64,000 nt of DNA, from contig CM022675.1 in assembly GCA_012295275.1 (NCBI GenBank), forward strand, positions 14,818,001-14,882,000, given 5' to 3'. The position numbers and the translations under genes were made by a program. This document shows positions 26,529 through 39,599 of this stretch, piece after piece. This DNA comes from Chrysomallon squamiferum. Its lineage: Eukaryota > Animalia > Mollusca. Position 1 is the stretch's first letter. Each line of letters begins with the position of its first letter. The notes beneath the pieces were generated by a model. It worked only from the letters and a program-made list of their open reading frames with translations, did no database searches and was not told where the DNA came from.

Positions 26529-29500
26529 CATTAAAAAAAAATTCTTTAATATACTACATATATTTCATAATTTTTTTCCATTTGTTATTGCATATATTCT
26601 TTTGGTGTTTACAAACATCAAGCACAAAACACTAATTTCTTCAATTTTTATTCTCCCTCTTTCTCTCAACAGACAAAATTGATCCTTAGAAAATCATCTC
26701 ACATCTACTCACATTAGCATTAGTATCATCCTCCATAACATAAATCCTTTCTTTTCTGTCTTTATGAATATAATCAAATGTCAACTTTATGTGTGTCATC
26801 AGATCTCGATCCTCCATCAGCTCGTGTTGTGTAACCTCCTCCCACCTCTGTGTGGCCATCAGGGACCGCAGATCTAGCTCTTCAGTAATAATACCATTGA
26901 GATTTTTTTCTGTTAGAAATCTGTCATTGGTTGCCACAATCAGCTGTTCATAGTTTTTCTGCACATTTTGCACGATGAAAGGTTCACTTTCTTCACCTTG
27001 CAAAAAAAAAAAAATACCCAGAAATAAATGTACAATAATATAAAATGTAGTGGAAAAGTTTAAAAATAAAACTGAAAAGAATGAACAAATAACACAATTG
27101 ACACAAATAAAATAAAATATTTTAATTCATTAATAAAGAGCAGAGAAGAGTCAATTATTTTAACAAGACATTGTTCAGTTAAATAAATAATACATTTTTA
27201 ATACTTTAAATGTTACATAAAAAAAATGATTAACCACTGAAATTAAACACAATCTGCAGACAGGAAGCAAATTATTTAAAATGTTAAAAAAATAATTTAT
27301 GAAATCAATAAAAAATTAAAGTAAAGTAAATGAATAATAAAATAAGCTAACACAAATAATAAATAAATAAATAAATAAATAAGATATACTGCCATCTTAT
27401 ATAAATTTATAAAGATTCCAGCATTAAAATTACATAAAAAACCCACTGTATAAAATAATTTCAAGGACACAAAAAACCCCAAATGAAAAACAAAATCCTG
27501 GACATAAATAAATACCACATCCCACACAAAAGGTGATAGATTAATGAATCCACAAACTAAGGGAAACAACTCTCAAATAATACGTCTCTAGAAAGACTGA
27601 GTCACCATAAATTATCTTCATGATAATTCAGTTTTGGTAATAATAATTATTACTATTCTTGATATTTTTATATAAATAGTGTGAATAACTGCAATATTGT
27701 AAGTCTTATAAAATAATATTTATTGTTTTAACCATTTGACTAGTTTGCAGTCACAAATTCTTATTTAATGCCAGTTCGCAATGTTACCGACTGGAACCAA
27801 CAAAAACAACTATCAGTAGAGACTAAAATTACATCTGTATGTTTTTGTTTTTTTAATTATTGATTTTTATGCTATTTTTAGTTTAAAAATTGTTTTTCAC
27901 TTCAAAACAAAGGCAGAATGCCACAACCAATATGAAAAACCGATTATAATTTATATTTTATCAATTTACAAGTAATGGCATTATAAAACATTTGGATATG
28001 AAATTTTATTGTATTTTGAATATTTTAGTTAATGTTTTCTTTATCATTTCAGTTATTTATTTACTTTTCTTGTTCTAAAGAACTTTGTGTCTTACTATAT
28101 AAATTAGCTTCCACTTGTTTTTAAAAACTATTAATGCAAATCATTGTTTATTTTCTGTAGTTTAAACATCTGTACTGAAAGTATTTTAAAACATACAACA
28201 AAAATGTATTGGTAAAAAGTGAAAAGTACAGCATCCACACATACTCACAAATTGTGAATTTACTGTCATAATTATTTTATTAGAGAACTACTGGAATAAG
28301 GAAACACTGAAAATGATGTATTAAAAGTACATTAAAATATATTTACGTAGTTTGTTTCTACAAATGCCAGGTATATTTTACTTATGCTATCAGTTTCATT
28401 TTATCAGTTCTGCCCTTTGTTTAATTTATAAATGTTATAATATCCATTAAAAATATCAATAACATAATGAATAAGATGTCCATAATAAAATTCGTTCTAA
28501 AACTGTGTATATAACATCAAAATATTCAGTCTTACCATAACTGTTTCTGTTTTCTTCTTCTGTTTTTGTTTCAGACCAGTCAATGCCAGAACCTGAGTCT
28601 GATCTATGAGAATAACTGGAAGATTTTGTCACTGGTAAATCTACTTTAATATCTCCATTTAAGTCACACCTTGTATCCACATTATCTTGTTCCTTCACTG
28701 ACTTTGCAACAATATTTCCAAATTTATTTTCTGTTATACTGGCACCAGTAAAAGTTTCCTTTAAATACAGATCATCTTCAGTTGGCTCTTTTTGGATGGC
28801 TTGTTTAACATCATCTCTGTCTTCACTGGTCACTTTATCACAGACTGCCTTCTGATTGGTTTGTTTATTGGCTAAACCATTTTGATTGGCTGGTCTGGAA
28901 CTTTCAGTTTTTGTGGAAGTAAAATTATCTGCATCACTATTTGAAGCCTCACTCTGAGTTGAATCCTGAAATTTGTCACCAATAATTTGCAGCCAATTTG
29001 GACCATAATGGTTTCTTAATAATTCAACTTCTTCTTGAGTTTGTACAACATCTCTGTCATTAATAGTATTACCCAGAGTAGGTGATGAGGCTGGAGATAA
29101 TAAACAACAGTAACAATAATAACAATAATAATAACAATAATAACAATAATAACAATAGTAACAATAATAACAATAATAATAACAATAATATTAATAATAA
29201 CAATAGTAACAATAATAACAATAATAATAACAATAATATTAATAATAAAAAGAGAAAATGTTATAATATAAATCATGATCAAATAAAAAAACATGTATCA
29301 AAAGGTATTTCATTCCACAAACCATACTGGTTAATCTTTCTGTTTTGAAATGAAAACAAACATGGGAAAATATCAGTGATAATTTAGTTTCACAATCCAT
29401 CATAATCAGAAACTAGAAGAAATGAAAAAAGAAAAAAAGATCAGCTGGCAGTATTCAAAAGACACAGGTAACTTAAACATCACAGAATACACTAAAGTAG

Positions 29501-32500
29501 CTCTAATAAATACCTCTTGAACTGTTCATGGATGAATCTTCAGTTACAGATGAATCCAAATCACATGACTTAAGTTTTGAATGTTTCTTAATTTTGCGAT
29601 AAGAGTTTGATTTGACAGGTAGTGATGTTGCGATGTCATCTGAATCATGGAATGAATACTCTGAAGATATTGTTGTTGACAACAACTGATCTCCATGACG
29701 ATTGTTGTGAACAACTGCATTGTGGGATATTGATGAGGGTTGTCTTGATACGGAAACAGACTGCTGTTTAACAAGAATAAACTGTAAAGAAACAAATATT
29801 TTATAAATAATTATTTGATCTGATTGAATGAATAATAAATACAAAAATAACTGGAACAGAAAGTTGCCATTATTTTCTTAAGCATATTCTATTTTCATTA
29901 ATGAAATGAACTGCTAACATAATCCAAATTTTCAAAAAAGATTAGTATTCATAAACCAGAATATAAAAATATATTGTCCTCAATATTCACAAGTATTTTT
30001 AAAATTAAAACAGTACATCTGGACAACCATTTTTTTTTTTCTTTTATTATTTTCAGTTCAGAAACTCTGTTTTTGAGTCAGATGAAAGGAATCAATTGTT
30101 TCTTATTATGTCAAGAAATAAAATATATTCATAAATATATCTTCAAACTGATTACATAAACTACAAAAATAATTTTAATATGTAAGAACTTACAGCATGT
30201 TTTATTTCTGAGGTACTGGCCAACTTCCGATCAAGTTCAAACTGAAATTAGTTAAAATACCACAAATGTACATTTACAAACAAAAACAATTATGCACTCC
30301 TACCAAAAAACTCTCCAAAATACCAAATAAACTATGATATTATTATCACTATGTATAACATTTTTTACTTAACTGTTAATGAGTTTAATTATTCATTAAT
30401 GCCAGTAATATGTGATGTTAATTACCAAGATAATTCCAGTCGATGCAGATAATAATAATTAGTATTTAGATATAATTATATATACTCTATAATTATTGCT
30501 CTCCTGAGGGATGTTATCTCAAAAGTGTATTTGTGTGAAAGAAAGAGAATGCAAAAAAAAAAAAAAAAATATACAAATGACAATTGTCACAAATAGTCAT
30601 CAAAAAAGGAAAAAAAATCCATGACTATAAATCAAGGACAATGGAAGTTCTTAAAAATCAGAGGTATATACAAAAATATCACAACTATTATAATGATTTT
30701 TTGAAAAGTTATTTTAACAACTTAGCCTTTGTTGGACAACAAATATATATATATATACACACACACACCTATATCTAAACAAACCTTATATATTATTGAT
30801 AGCAAACTCAGGTAAAATGTATTTAACCCATTTGTGTGCACTATCAAGTATATTATAAAGCCCAAATCAATCATCAGCATACATGTACTGTGTAATTTAA
30901 ATTTTTAAATTTATTTATTTGCCATCCTTGATAAAAACTATGTTTTGTTTCAGCCCTCCACTCTTAGCTCTGGATCTGACCAGATGAAAGATAAAACAGA
31001 GAGAGAAACCAGATAATCAAAAGTATTTATCTAACGTCTAGTACGTCATTGACCACATTAGCATAAGTATATGTTACATACATTTATTTTCTTATTCTTT
31101 CAAATATTTGACAAACATTAGATATTGATTTGGAAATTAAAGAGATAACCATTTCAGGCATAAACAACAACAGAGAAAGATAGTACATATTAAAAACCAG
31201 TGAACCTTGTTCACCTTGTTACTGTACCCGGGCTACAGTCTACTTCACAATAAACATAGAGATAATGTGATGTGACTTTTAGTTACTGCACACTTGTATA
31301 AACTATTAGAAAACTTTAAAGTTTTTACCTGTTTCTGTAGAGCAATTGGTGAAACATAACACAGTGTTAAAACTCGGTGATCTCTGTGATGGGAAATTGG
31401 GTTACCAATTAGACGAAACTGAAAATTGAAATAACAATTTAAAAAATTAAAAAAACAATTTAAAAAATTAAAAAAGAGTTTTAGAAAAAAATTCTGAATT
31501 TGACCTTTTAACAGTTTTCTTATATCCAAACTTTAAAACAAAATACTAGATTATTTTTACTGAAAAAGAATACTGCTTCATTTGTTTATATTAAATGCCA
31601 TAATATTTTTTGTCCTTATAGTTGTTAATTTCTATGGACTTATATTATTGTGTACTTTGTTATTAGCTGTGGTTACTGTTTAGAACAAATAAAACAAACA
31701 TTTGCCAATATTTATATTATTGTATACTTTATTATTAACAATGATTACTGTTAAAGACACACAAGTTTGAAATTATTTAAATTATTGTTTACTTACAACA
31801 GGTTCCATATAACTGTCTTAACAACATTCCTTTTTTAATTTTTAATTGTTCTTTTTTCACTTACTCAACAGACAACATGGCAGATATTTTGTTTTTAGTA
31901 TGCACTAAAACAACATTTTTATTATTATTTCTAGATTTGCTTTAGGAGTTTATGCAAGTATATTTTAAACATTTTATTTTTGTAAATTGTAGTTTTAATT
32001 AACAACACTTTTGTTACTGTAATTTTAATTTAGTTTAACAATTTTGCTATTATTATTTTGAAGTTGTATTAATAACTTCATTAATGACAACTGAAAACTG
32101 TACTCGCACCTTTGACATTTAAAAAAGTAAAACTGTAAAGAAACCCACATTTCTTAATCTGTTGAGATTTATCAACACTTGCAATTTGCTGTGGTCTGCC
32201 AAACAGTTCTCTGAAACATCTAAATCTTCAAGTTGAAGTAATTCTTCAACACCTGAATAAATATCACAATAACAAGATAACTTTGTTTTACTTATGTCAA
32301 ATAAATATACGCAACAAGATAAATGTATTTGTATCAAATAAACATATTTTAAAACATAAATTTGTTTACATTTAAATCAAATACAAATAAACACACATTA
32401 GGAATAGAACACAAAGAAAAACTGACGAAATATCAGATGATCAAAATTAAATATCACATACCGTGTATATTGTCCAGATTGTTATTTCTCAGTACCAGTG

Positions 32501-35500
32501 TTTTTAACTTCGCTTTTGCTGACAGTGAAAATGAGGGAATCACATCTAGATAATTAAAGCCAAGATTGAGTCTCTGTAGGTCTGTCAGGTACTTAAAAAA
32601 TAAATAAATAAATAAATAAATAAAAATCATATAAAACATTTATTTTTATTCTGCAGCAAAATAATGTAAACTGTATCTTCTTGCTAACTTATGTGATTGT
32701 AGGATCTGTTTTCAAAGATCCTTGCTGCCAACTGAAAAAATTTAAAACTGAAAATTAGGAAAAATGTCATTTTAACAGTCATTTTGTAACTGACAGAAAC
32801 TGGATATGTGACATTTTTAGTGAGAAATAATCTTTGGACTATTTATTTTTAACAAAACAGCTACTATCAACAGCAAATAACAACTTTTATCATCATGCAG
32901 GTTTCACTGTTATTTAATCTTTTTCTAAAATAACTGTATAAATCATAAATTAACAGGAAAATCATAAGACTTACTTGAAGTAGTTTCAGACAGTTTTGCA
33001 TACATAAACTTTATTTCACAAACAAAATTATTACAAATACTAAATATAAGCTGAATATATATATACACACACAAATGAATTCCACTAATATTTCCTATAT
33101 AGGAAATATCAGTGGAATTCATTTTTAGATTTAGATTCTCATACTCTCTCCTTGTATTCCAAAATTCAAAACATTTCCACTCTAACTCATTTCAGAAAAA
33201 GGATTATCAACCTCTTCAAACAATAAACCTTACTACAAGATAGATTTCTGTGTTTTTAAAAAATCCCTTTTATGAACACTGTATAAAAAGTGTATAAAAT
33301 ATAAAACTTACTTCAAGATAGTTTTCTGTGTTTTTCAAATTGTTATGACTCAGATCAAGAATCTGTAGTGAATGTAACAATCTCTGAAATTTAAAAAGAC
33401 AAAATAAACTACCTATTTTTTTTTACTTCCTGATTACTTTAAGTGACTTATTTTAGCTGTTAACAGTTTAATTAACAATTTCTCGAGGCCACATGAAGGA
33501 CAACATTTTCTCATTGATTATTATTATCATTAGATATTCTACTGAAGTGAAAAATAATACTTTATCTATCCAAGATTTTTAAAAAAGAAAAGAAAGAATA
33601 TTCTATTTGTGATGCCATGAAAAAAGAGAAAATTTCTGTCATCGGTGATTAGTAATCTAGAATTTTGATAGCTTACTTAGAAATGGATAAACAACACAAA
33701 AAAGAAAAAAAGAAAAAGAAAAAGGAACTGTCTTTTATATTGCAATTTAATATGTAAATAAAAAAAATTTCATGCAATTCCTCCCTTTAAGTTTAACATT
33801 TCTATTAACTGCTTTTTTCCCCCAAAAATCTTTTATTTATTTTTCATTTTGCTGAACAAATTTATTTCTAATATTATACAAGATACTATATTATAAAATC
33901 AATGCAATGATTAAAAAATACAGATAATACTGTTATTATTTCAAAGCAAATTTTGAAAAAGCTCTCTCTCTGTACATATTATGTGTGTGTGTTTACCAAA
34001 GATCCATCAAGTATTTCTATTCCATTAAAACTAAGGTTTGCTGATTTCAAATCTGGCCACGACATTGGTAAACTCATATCTCCTCCACACAACTCAAATA
34101 AATCCTGAAAAACAAAAAATAATAATAATAATAAAAATATGAACAACAATATGCCACTAACCTGTGGACAGTATCAGTAATTACTAATGCTACTTGTTTT
34201 ATTTCATTTAGTTTTTACTTGTTTCTGTCCAGTATATGATAACAATAACAGTAACAAATTACTGTTTATTACTTCTGTCCTGAAAACAAGTTTACATTAA
34301 AAAAAAAGAAGAAGATAAGACTATTGTAATGAATTAATAAGACTAATTTATATTCAAGAACAATATTAATAATAAGACAGTGATGAAGCACACAACAAAT
34401 AAAAACTATTTGAAACCCATTTTTATCATTTAGCTCACAAACTATTACTTTTTCAATATTAAAAATGTTAATCATAAAATGTAATTTTACAATAAATTTT
34501 TTTATACTAATTTCAGAGAATAATACTTTTAATCCGCAATAATTTTTGCATAACTAAAATTATTTAAGATTTTGAAAGTATTGAATTTTTTTTTTATATA
34601 AAATTACAAACTATTAATTTACATTTGCTTTGTTTTTCTTCATAATGAAAGTTCATTATATAGGAATAAAACAACATTGAAAAATTAGAAACCATGCAAA
34701 AATAAATAGAAATAAAAATTACTTGTAAATTCTGCAAACACCTTGATGCAGTAACAGAGACAAGCTGTCCCCTCAGTTTCTGAATTCCTTCTACCAGGTG
34801 CATGGGCACTTTTTTCATTTCCAAAACTCGAAGATTCGTAAATCTGTTAATGTGTATTCCTCCTTGAAGTGTGGTTGATGTATTCATAATCTGAAGAAAA
34901 AAAGTGAGATTGTTTTTTTTCAGAAAAAAACCCTCAACTAATATTAATATTTGGTATTATTTATTAAAAATAACGTATACATCAATAATAAATAAAACAA
35001 TGTTAAACCTTTACTCCAGGAGTTTTTGAAAAGAAATCTTGAAGAAATTCAGCTTCTCTCTTCCAGGGTATCTGCTGCTGATTTCTACCTGTGAATGATT
35101 TTTGTTCTGTTTCCTCTCCATTGCCCAGTCTGTTGAACAGAGATTCTAAGATGCTCAGACATTCTGCTGTAATGGCAAGCTTGCTTTCACCTTTCAGAAT
35201 TTTATTTCCTGAAATAATATTTTAAATATTAAACTAATAAAATAACTTCTCTTTTTTTTTTTTAAATGAAGATTGTAAAATAACAAAACAAAAAAGTTTA
35301 GTTAATAAAAATTTAATGACTGATAAACTTTATAAAACTTTAAAAAGGAAAACGTTTGGAGTTCCTGAAATTTTTTTTTTTTTTTTTTGATTTATTAGCA
35401 GAAACAGTTTCCCAGACACAAATGGTACAAAATGATACAAAGGCATATTTATTTACGCTCCAAATAAAATTTTAAGAAACTTTAAAAAACAATTACCACT

Positions 35501-35575
35501 TTTCTCAAGTAACTGACATAGTCTTCCAAGTATGAAGTGATCTTTGGAAACATTTGACTGACATTGATGGTTCAT
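19098..35575 (-). CDS. STK11IP: Serine/threonine-protein kinase 11-interacting protein-like (LIP1; N-terminal domain, LRRs, CxxC pair, C-terminal PH-like region), about 1398 aa
   Basis: 21 phase-consistent GT-AG exons: 35575-35497, 35208-35009, 34890-34723, 34104-33997, 33383-33312, 32591-32462, 32252-32149, 31418-31329, 30241-30194, 29781-29514, 29090-28536, 26996-26713, 26269-26198, 25999-25888, 25378-25189, 24698-23798, 22576-22476, 21928-21750, 21157-20990, 20126-19954, 19292-19098. Motifs: CGGDMSLPMSWPDL, LRRs (LQILDLSHNNL, LQRLNLGFNYL, LKTLVLRNNNL), LIGNPISHHRDHR, YGPNWLQ, CLKC...CSKC, DIDHRLKLHLMMTLF, and terminal PWESAFGVDL. Confidence 0.9.
22581..23452. repeat. Intronic minisatellite built from interleaved 56-bp and 38-bp units
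   Basis: Long unit ACACAAACATCTCTTTAACACTCATTTATTACATCTTTTCTCAGCACTAACTTAAC and short unit ATCTCATTTATTACATCTTTTCTCAGCACTAACTTAAC, near-identical copies over about 870 bp. Confidence 0.95.
29100..29250. repeat. (AAT/AAC)n compound microsatellite next to an STK11IP 3' splice site
   Basis: Direct reading. It produces the spurious poly-N and poly-I ORFs in the track. Confidence 0.9.
33073..33124. repeat. 52-bp near-perfect palindrome in an STK11IP intron
   Basis: AAATGAATTCCACTaATATTTCCTAT / ATAGGAAATATcAGTGGAATTCATTT: 26-bp arms, no spacer, one mismatch. Confidence 0.9.
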
Positions 35576-35903
35576 TATGATTTTGTTTAATATATTCTCA
35601 TAATGATTTTCAGTTTAAAAATACAGGCATCAGGAATAAATGAATCAATCAGGTGAATCACAGCATGTTACATTTGATGATTTCACTTTCAGATTTGTTT
35701 CCACATTTGTAACTTTGAAAAACTGAAACAGTATAATTAACAAACTGTGATTAAATTAATTAAAAATCAGATAATATTTGATTTTTCTTAAGAAGACGCC
35801 GATCGCATTTGTCAGTCGTACAAATAAAAATTACACTGTTTCTTCTGTCAAAATAAATATTGCAGGTAATCATCAAATCTATTCCTGCGTTTTACTTTTG
35901 GAT

Positions 35904-35932
35904 TCACGTGACAGGATATTATTGACGGAAGC
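35904..35932. promoter_or_regulatory. E-box/CLEAR-like TCACGTGAC plus ETS-like CGGAAG in the STK11IP promoter
   Basis: TCACGTGAC at 35904-35912 and CGGAAG near 35926, in a CpG-containing patch about 330 bp upstream of the ATG. Confidence 0.45.
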
Positions 35933-36155
35933 AGTATTAAACATTACACTGGTAATACGTACTTTGGTGATAGAACCAGTTAGTAATGCGTAGTTTTGTA
36001 CGTTAACAGTTTATTAATAGTTATCGTGCGGTCTAGAAGCGCTAATAATAATCATAGTCATAATAGTGTAAACATTATCAGATTGCACTTTTCAAGTTTG
36101 ATCATTAATATGTTAGCGTAACTATTTATTAAATTAAAAATTAATGTTATCTATG

Positions 36156-36213
36156 ATGATGGAACATGCTGTAGTATATTTCTTATGATGGAACATGCTG
36201 CAGTATATTTCTT
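36156..36213. repeat. 29-bp tandem duplication in the STK11IP-HIG1 intergenic region
   Basis: ATGATGGAACATGCTG(T/C)AGTATATTTCTT twice. Confidence 0.85.
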
Positions 36214-37813
36214 AAAACAACCAAAACTCAAACCGACTCGTTATGACTGAGTATGAGTGTCAATTTCATTTGATACTTGAACCAGTTTATATGCTTATAA
36301 TAAAAAAAATAATTCTAAGGAAATTTTTGAAAATCGTTACTACACAGTAAAACAAAAGAGGTATACTGAAAGATCCGGCAATCATGAGCTTAATATAAAA
36401 ATTTTACTAAAAGTAAGTAAATAAATAACTAAATAAAGAAAGGAACATGCATCTATGACGACAGTAAAACATAACAATCAACAACGCCAACAAATATTAA
36501 ATTTAACGATGGTGTACAATTATTAAAAAACAAAAAAAAACAAAAAAAAAAACACATTTATTTTGAAAGTGCCCGTATTCCCGAGCATAAAATATAAAAT
36601 TTAATAAAAAATAAAATAAAAACGAACAGAATAATAACAAATAAACGAAAAGTAATAAAATAGACAAAACTAAGAAAGTGCTTATCAACAGCGCCAAAAA
36701 TAATTAAATTTAACGATTGAGCATAATTATTAAAACAATATAGCAACGAAAATAACAACAAAAACCTCCATATATTTGGAAAGAACTCGTTTTCATTAGC
36801 TTACGTTCTTAAATTAATGTTTAATAAAATTCGTATACAGTTTTTATTACATTATTTTGCTCATCGAATGTGACATTAAGAAAAAAAAGAAAGAAAAAAA
36901 AGAGTTCTTTGTGGTTATTCTCGGTGATGTTAAGGGTGAAGGTAAGTGACCTTCGTAAAGTACCTGTGCTATTCTAAGACCAGGATCGTTGCGTAATTTA
37001 GCTGTGGAAGGTTGCTACTGCTTACTTAAACATTAAGCTCTTGCATGTTTTGACGCTTGTCATTTCATTTTTATCCAGGTGAAAGGTAAGTTGCATTTGT
37101 ACAGTTCGGAATAACATAGAGGGAGACACAGATTAAACAATGTTTTGTATAAAATGTAAAAATAAGATTGACGGAGCTTAATGCAGACATGCATTTACTT
37201 TCGTTTCTTGCTGAACAGTAAACTAAACGGTTTTATTTGTTTAGGAAATTATTGGAAATGTGTAATATAACGCCGGGTGCTAAATACTTTTATAACGTTT
37301 TAAAAAGAATAATGTAGTATTTTTTAAAACTGGCGAAACAAATTTAAATGAACTTAAAAATGTACGTGCATATTGTGAATGTTAAAATGAATCGCGATTG
37401 TGACCTGCTATGGGAGAAAATGAGGGCAGGTCATATGTGTCAAATATAATTTTATACGTGTTTTACGTTTCTAACGACAATAATTCCATTTTATAAAGCA
37501 AAAAAACAACAACAACAACAACATTTAAATGTCGTTAAATATTTTATTTCTCTTTTTATTATTATTATTATTATGATATTAAATATAGATCTCACAGTTA
37601 CCAGTAAGGCTGACATAGTTCGCATTATGATTATATGTATATTCACTGATAATTATAAACCTCTGAGATCTAAAATGTATTTTTTTGTTTTGATGTCATA
37701 ATTTTATTCTCCATTCTTGATTTTTTTTTTTTTTTTTTTTTTGATACATTTTGACTATGCATTGTCCAAAAATGACAAAATTATATATATTTTTAAGGGC
37801 ATTCTAAACAGTC

Positions 37814-38688
37814 ATGTCTTCAGATGCAAGAGAATATGCCAGGGAGACAGTTTTTGAAAAGTTTATGAGAAAATCAAAGGAGGCACCCTTTGTCCCATTA
37901 GGTATGTATCCAAATGCACAAGAAAAGACAATAGTTCAGATTTAAATGCTGGTATAAAGAATAACAAGTCATATATGTGGACTGAAGCATCTCTAGTTTT
38001 GTACTGTTACATCTTTAATGACTTATCACTACAGGAAAACAGAGATAACAAAATATATTGCTGCTGTTTGATAAGAATGTTGGCAATTAGTTAGATCTAC
38101 AGGAAATATCAGATACCCAGTAATTATTATTAAAATCTGTTGAAATGTCAATGTTATTACACAAAAATCCAGTGAATATTATTATCCTTGACATTACTAT
38201 TGATCTCTCTCCTATAAATTGGAAAATAATTACTTTCTAAATTATTAATTATATTTCAATTTTTTTTAATTATTATAAATTGTTTCTACAGTATTACATT
38301 TCTATTATTAATTTGGTTGATGTTCTTATTTTTATGTTACTTAATTTGTTTTATACTTTATATTTCTTACCATGATATTACTTCATTATTATGATTATTA
38401 TTATTTATTACATTTATTATTACTGTATATTAACATTATTATTCATTATCATTATTACTTTAATATCACTTTGTTATTATTATCACAGGCATGATTGGAT
38501 TGATTGGTGCTGTGGCGTATGGAGCGATGTCGTACAAAAATCGTGGATCCATGTCAACATCCGTGTTTATAATGCAATATCGTGTCATTGCTCAGTCGAT
38601 GGTAGTTGGAGCCATCACAATAGGTGTTGCTGCAACAGTTGCTCCAGGACTGTATCGCAAAATCACTGGTCACAAAAAGAAAGAATAA
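37814..38688 (+). CDS. HIGD1A: HIG1 domain family member (HIGD1-like), mitochondrial inner-membrane protein, 95 aa
   Basis: Exons 37814-37901 and 38489-38688 give MSSDAREYARETVFEKFMRKSKEAPFVPLGMIGLIGAVAYGAMSYKNRGSMSTSVFIMQYRVIAQSMVVGAITIG... Hallmarks are K.KE.PFVP.G, MSTS..L...RV.AQ and two TM segments. A non-coding upstream exon ends at 37085 (AAG|gtaagt). Confidence 0.88.
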
Positions 38689-39599
38689 ATCTTTAATATT
38701 AATGTGGCTAAAACAAAATCTATTTAGAGAGACCTTCTCAACATTGTAACCATATACAGTGTTGTCCCAGGCCTTCCATGCCTATCGTTTCTCAGATATG
38801 ATTTATGTAAATAATAAATGTGTGTTACTGATTCATAGTCTTGAGGTGCACTTTTAAGCTGACAATTTTTACATAACCTGTTTTTATATATAAAATAGGT
38901 TGCAATAAATTGTTATGGAAATATTCAACAGATTCCATAAAATTTACTTTTTTGGTATAAGAATGAATGTTTTGTATGGATATGTATGAAGTGAGGGTTT
39001 TACAAATAATATAAGTTTGATCTTTATACAGATATTTATAAACATGATAAAAGAGTAATATTTAGTTTATGTTTTAAAATGCACGAGTGAATTAATTGTT
39101 ATGAATGTAAATGTTAGCCTCTGTAGATACAGGTTTGTGTTGGACACCCTTTACAAAGTGGTTTGATTCAGGCTGAGGCATTTATAAAGCAAAGAAACAT
39201 GGAAAATTGCAATATGAAAACATATTTAAACTGTTTTTTATAATTTGAATGTAATCAGCATGTTTTACATCAGCCAGCTATTTACAATAAATATGTATAT
39301 ACAATGCATTGTATTATATTCACTATCAAATTAATACCAGGTTTCTTGTATATAATTAATATAAGTGTATCTTGTGAAATAATTTCATTAAAATATGAGA
39401 TTATTAAAGACTGGTAAAGTATGTGTTTTTAGTCATTAAAAAAGCAAATTTAATTAGGAATATTTTTCAGAATAGTAAATATATTATTGGAGGATCTTAG
39501 ACCGTTTGATTTTAATTATTAATCACATTTCTTATATAAAGAGAAATCTGTTTAGGATGAAATATTATTTTTATGTACATAATGTGTATAAATCTCTAA

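Noticed and set aside
29016-29348. Poly-Asn / poly-Ile ORFs (also 9782-10024)
   Set aside because: Intronic (AAT/AAC/AGT)n microsatellites.
38391-38696. 101-aa ORF overlapping HIG1 exon 2
   Set aside because: Alternative frame starting in an (ATT)-rich intron, with no support as a separate product.
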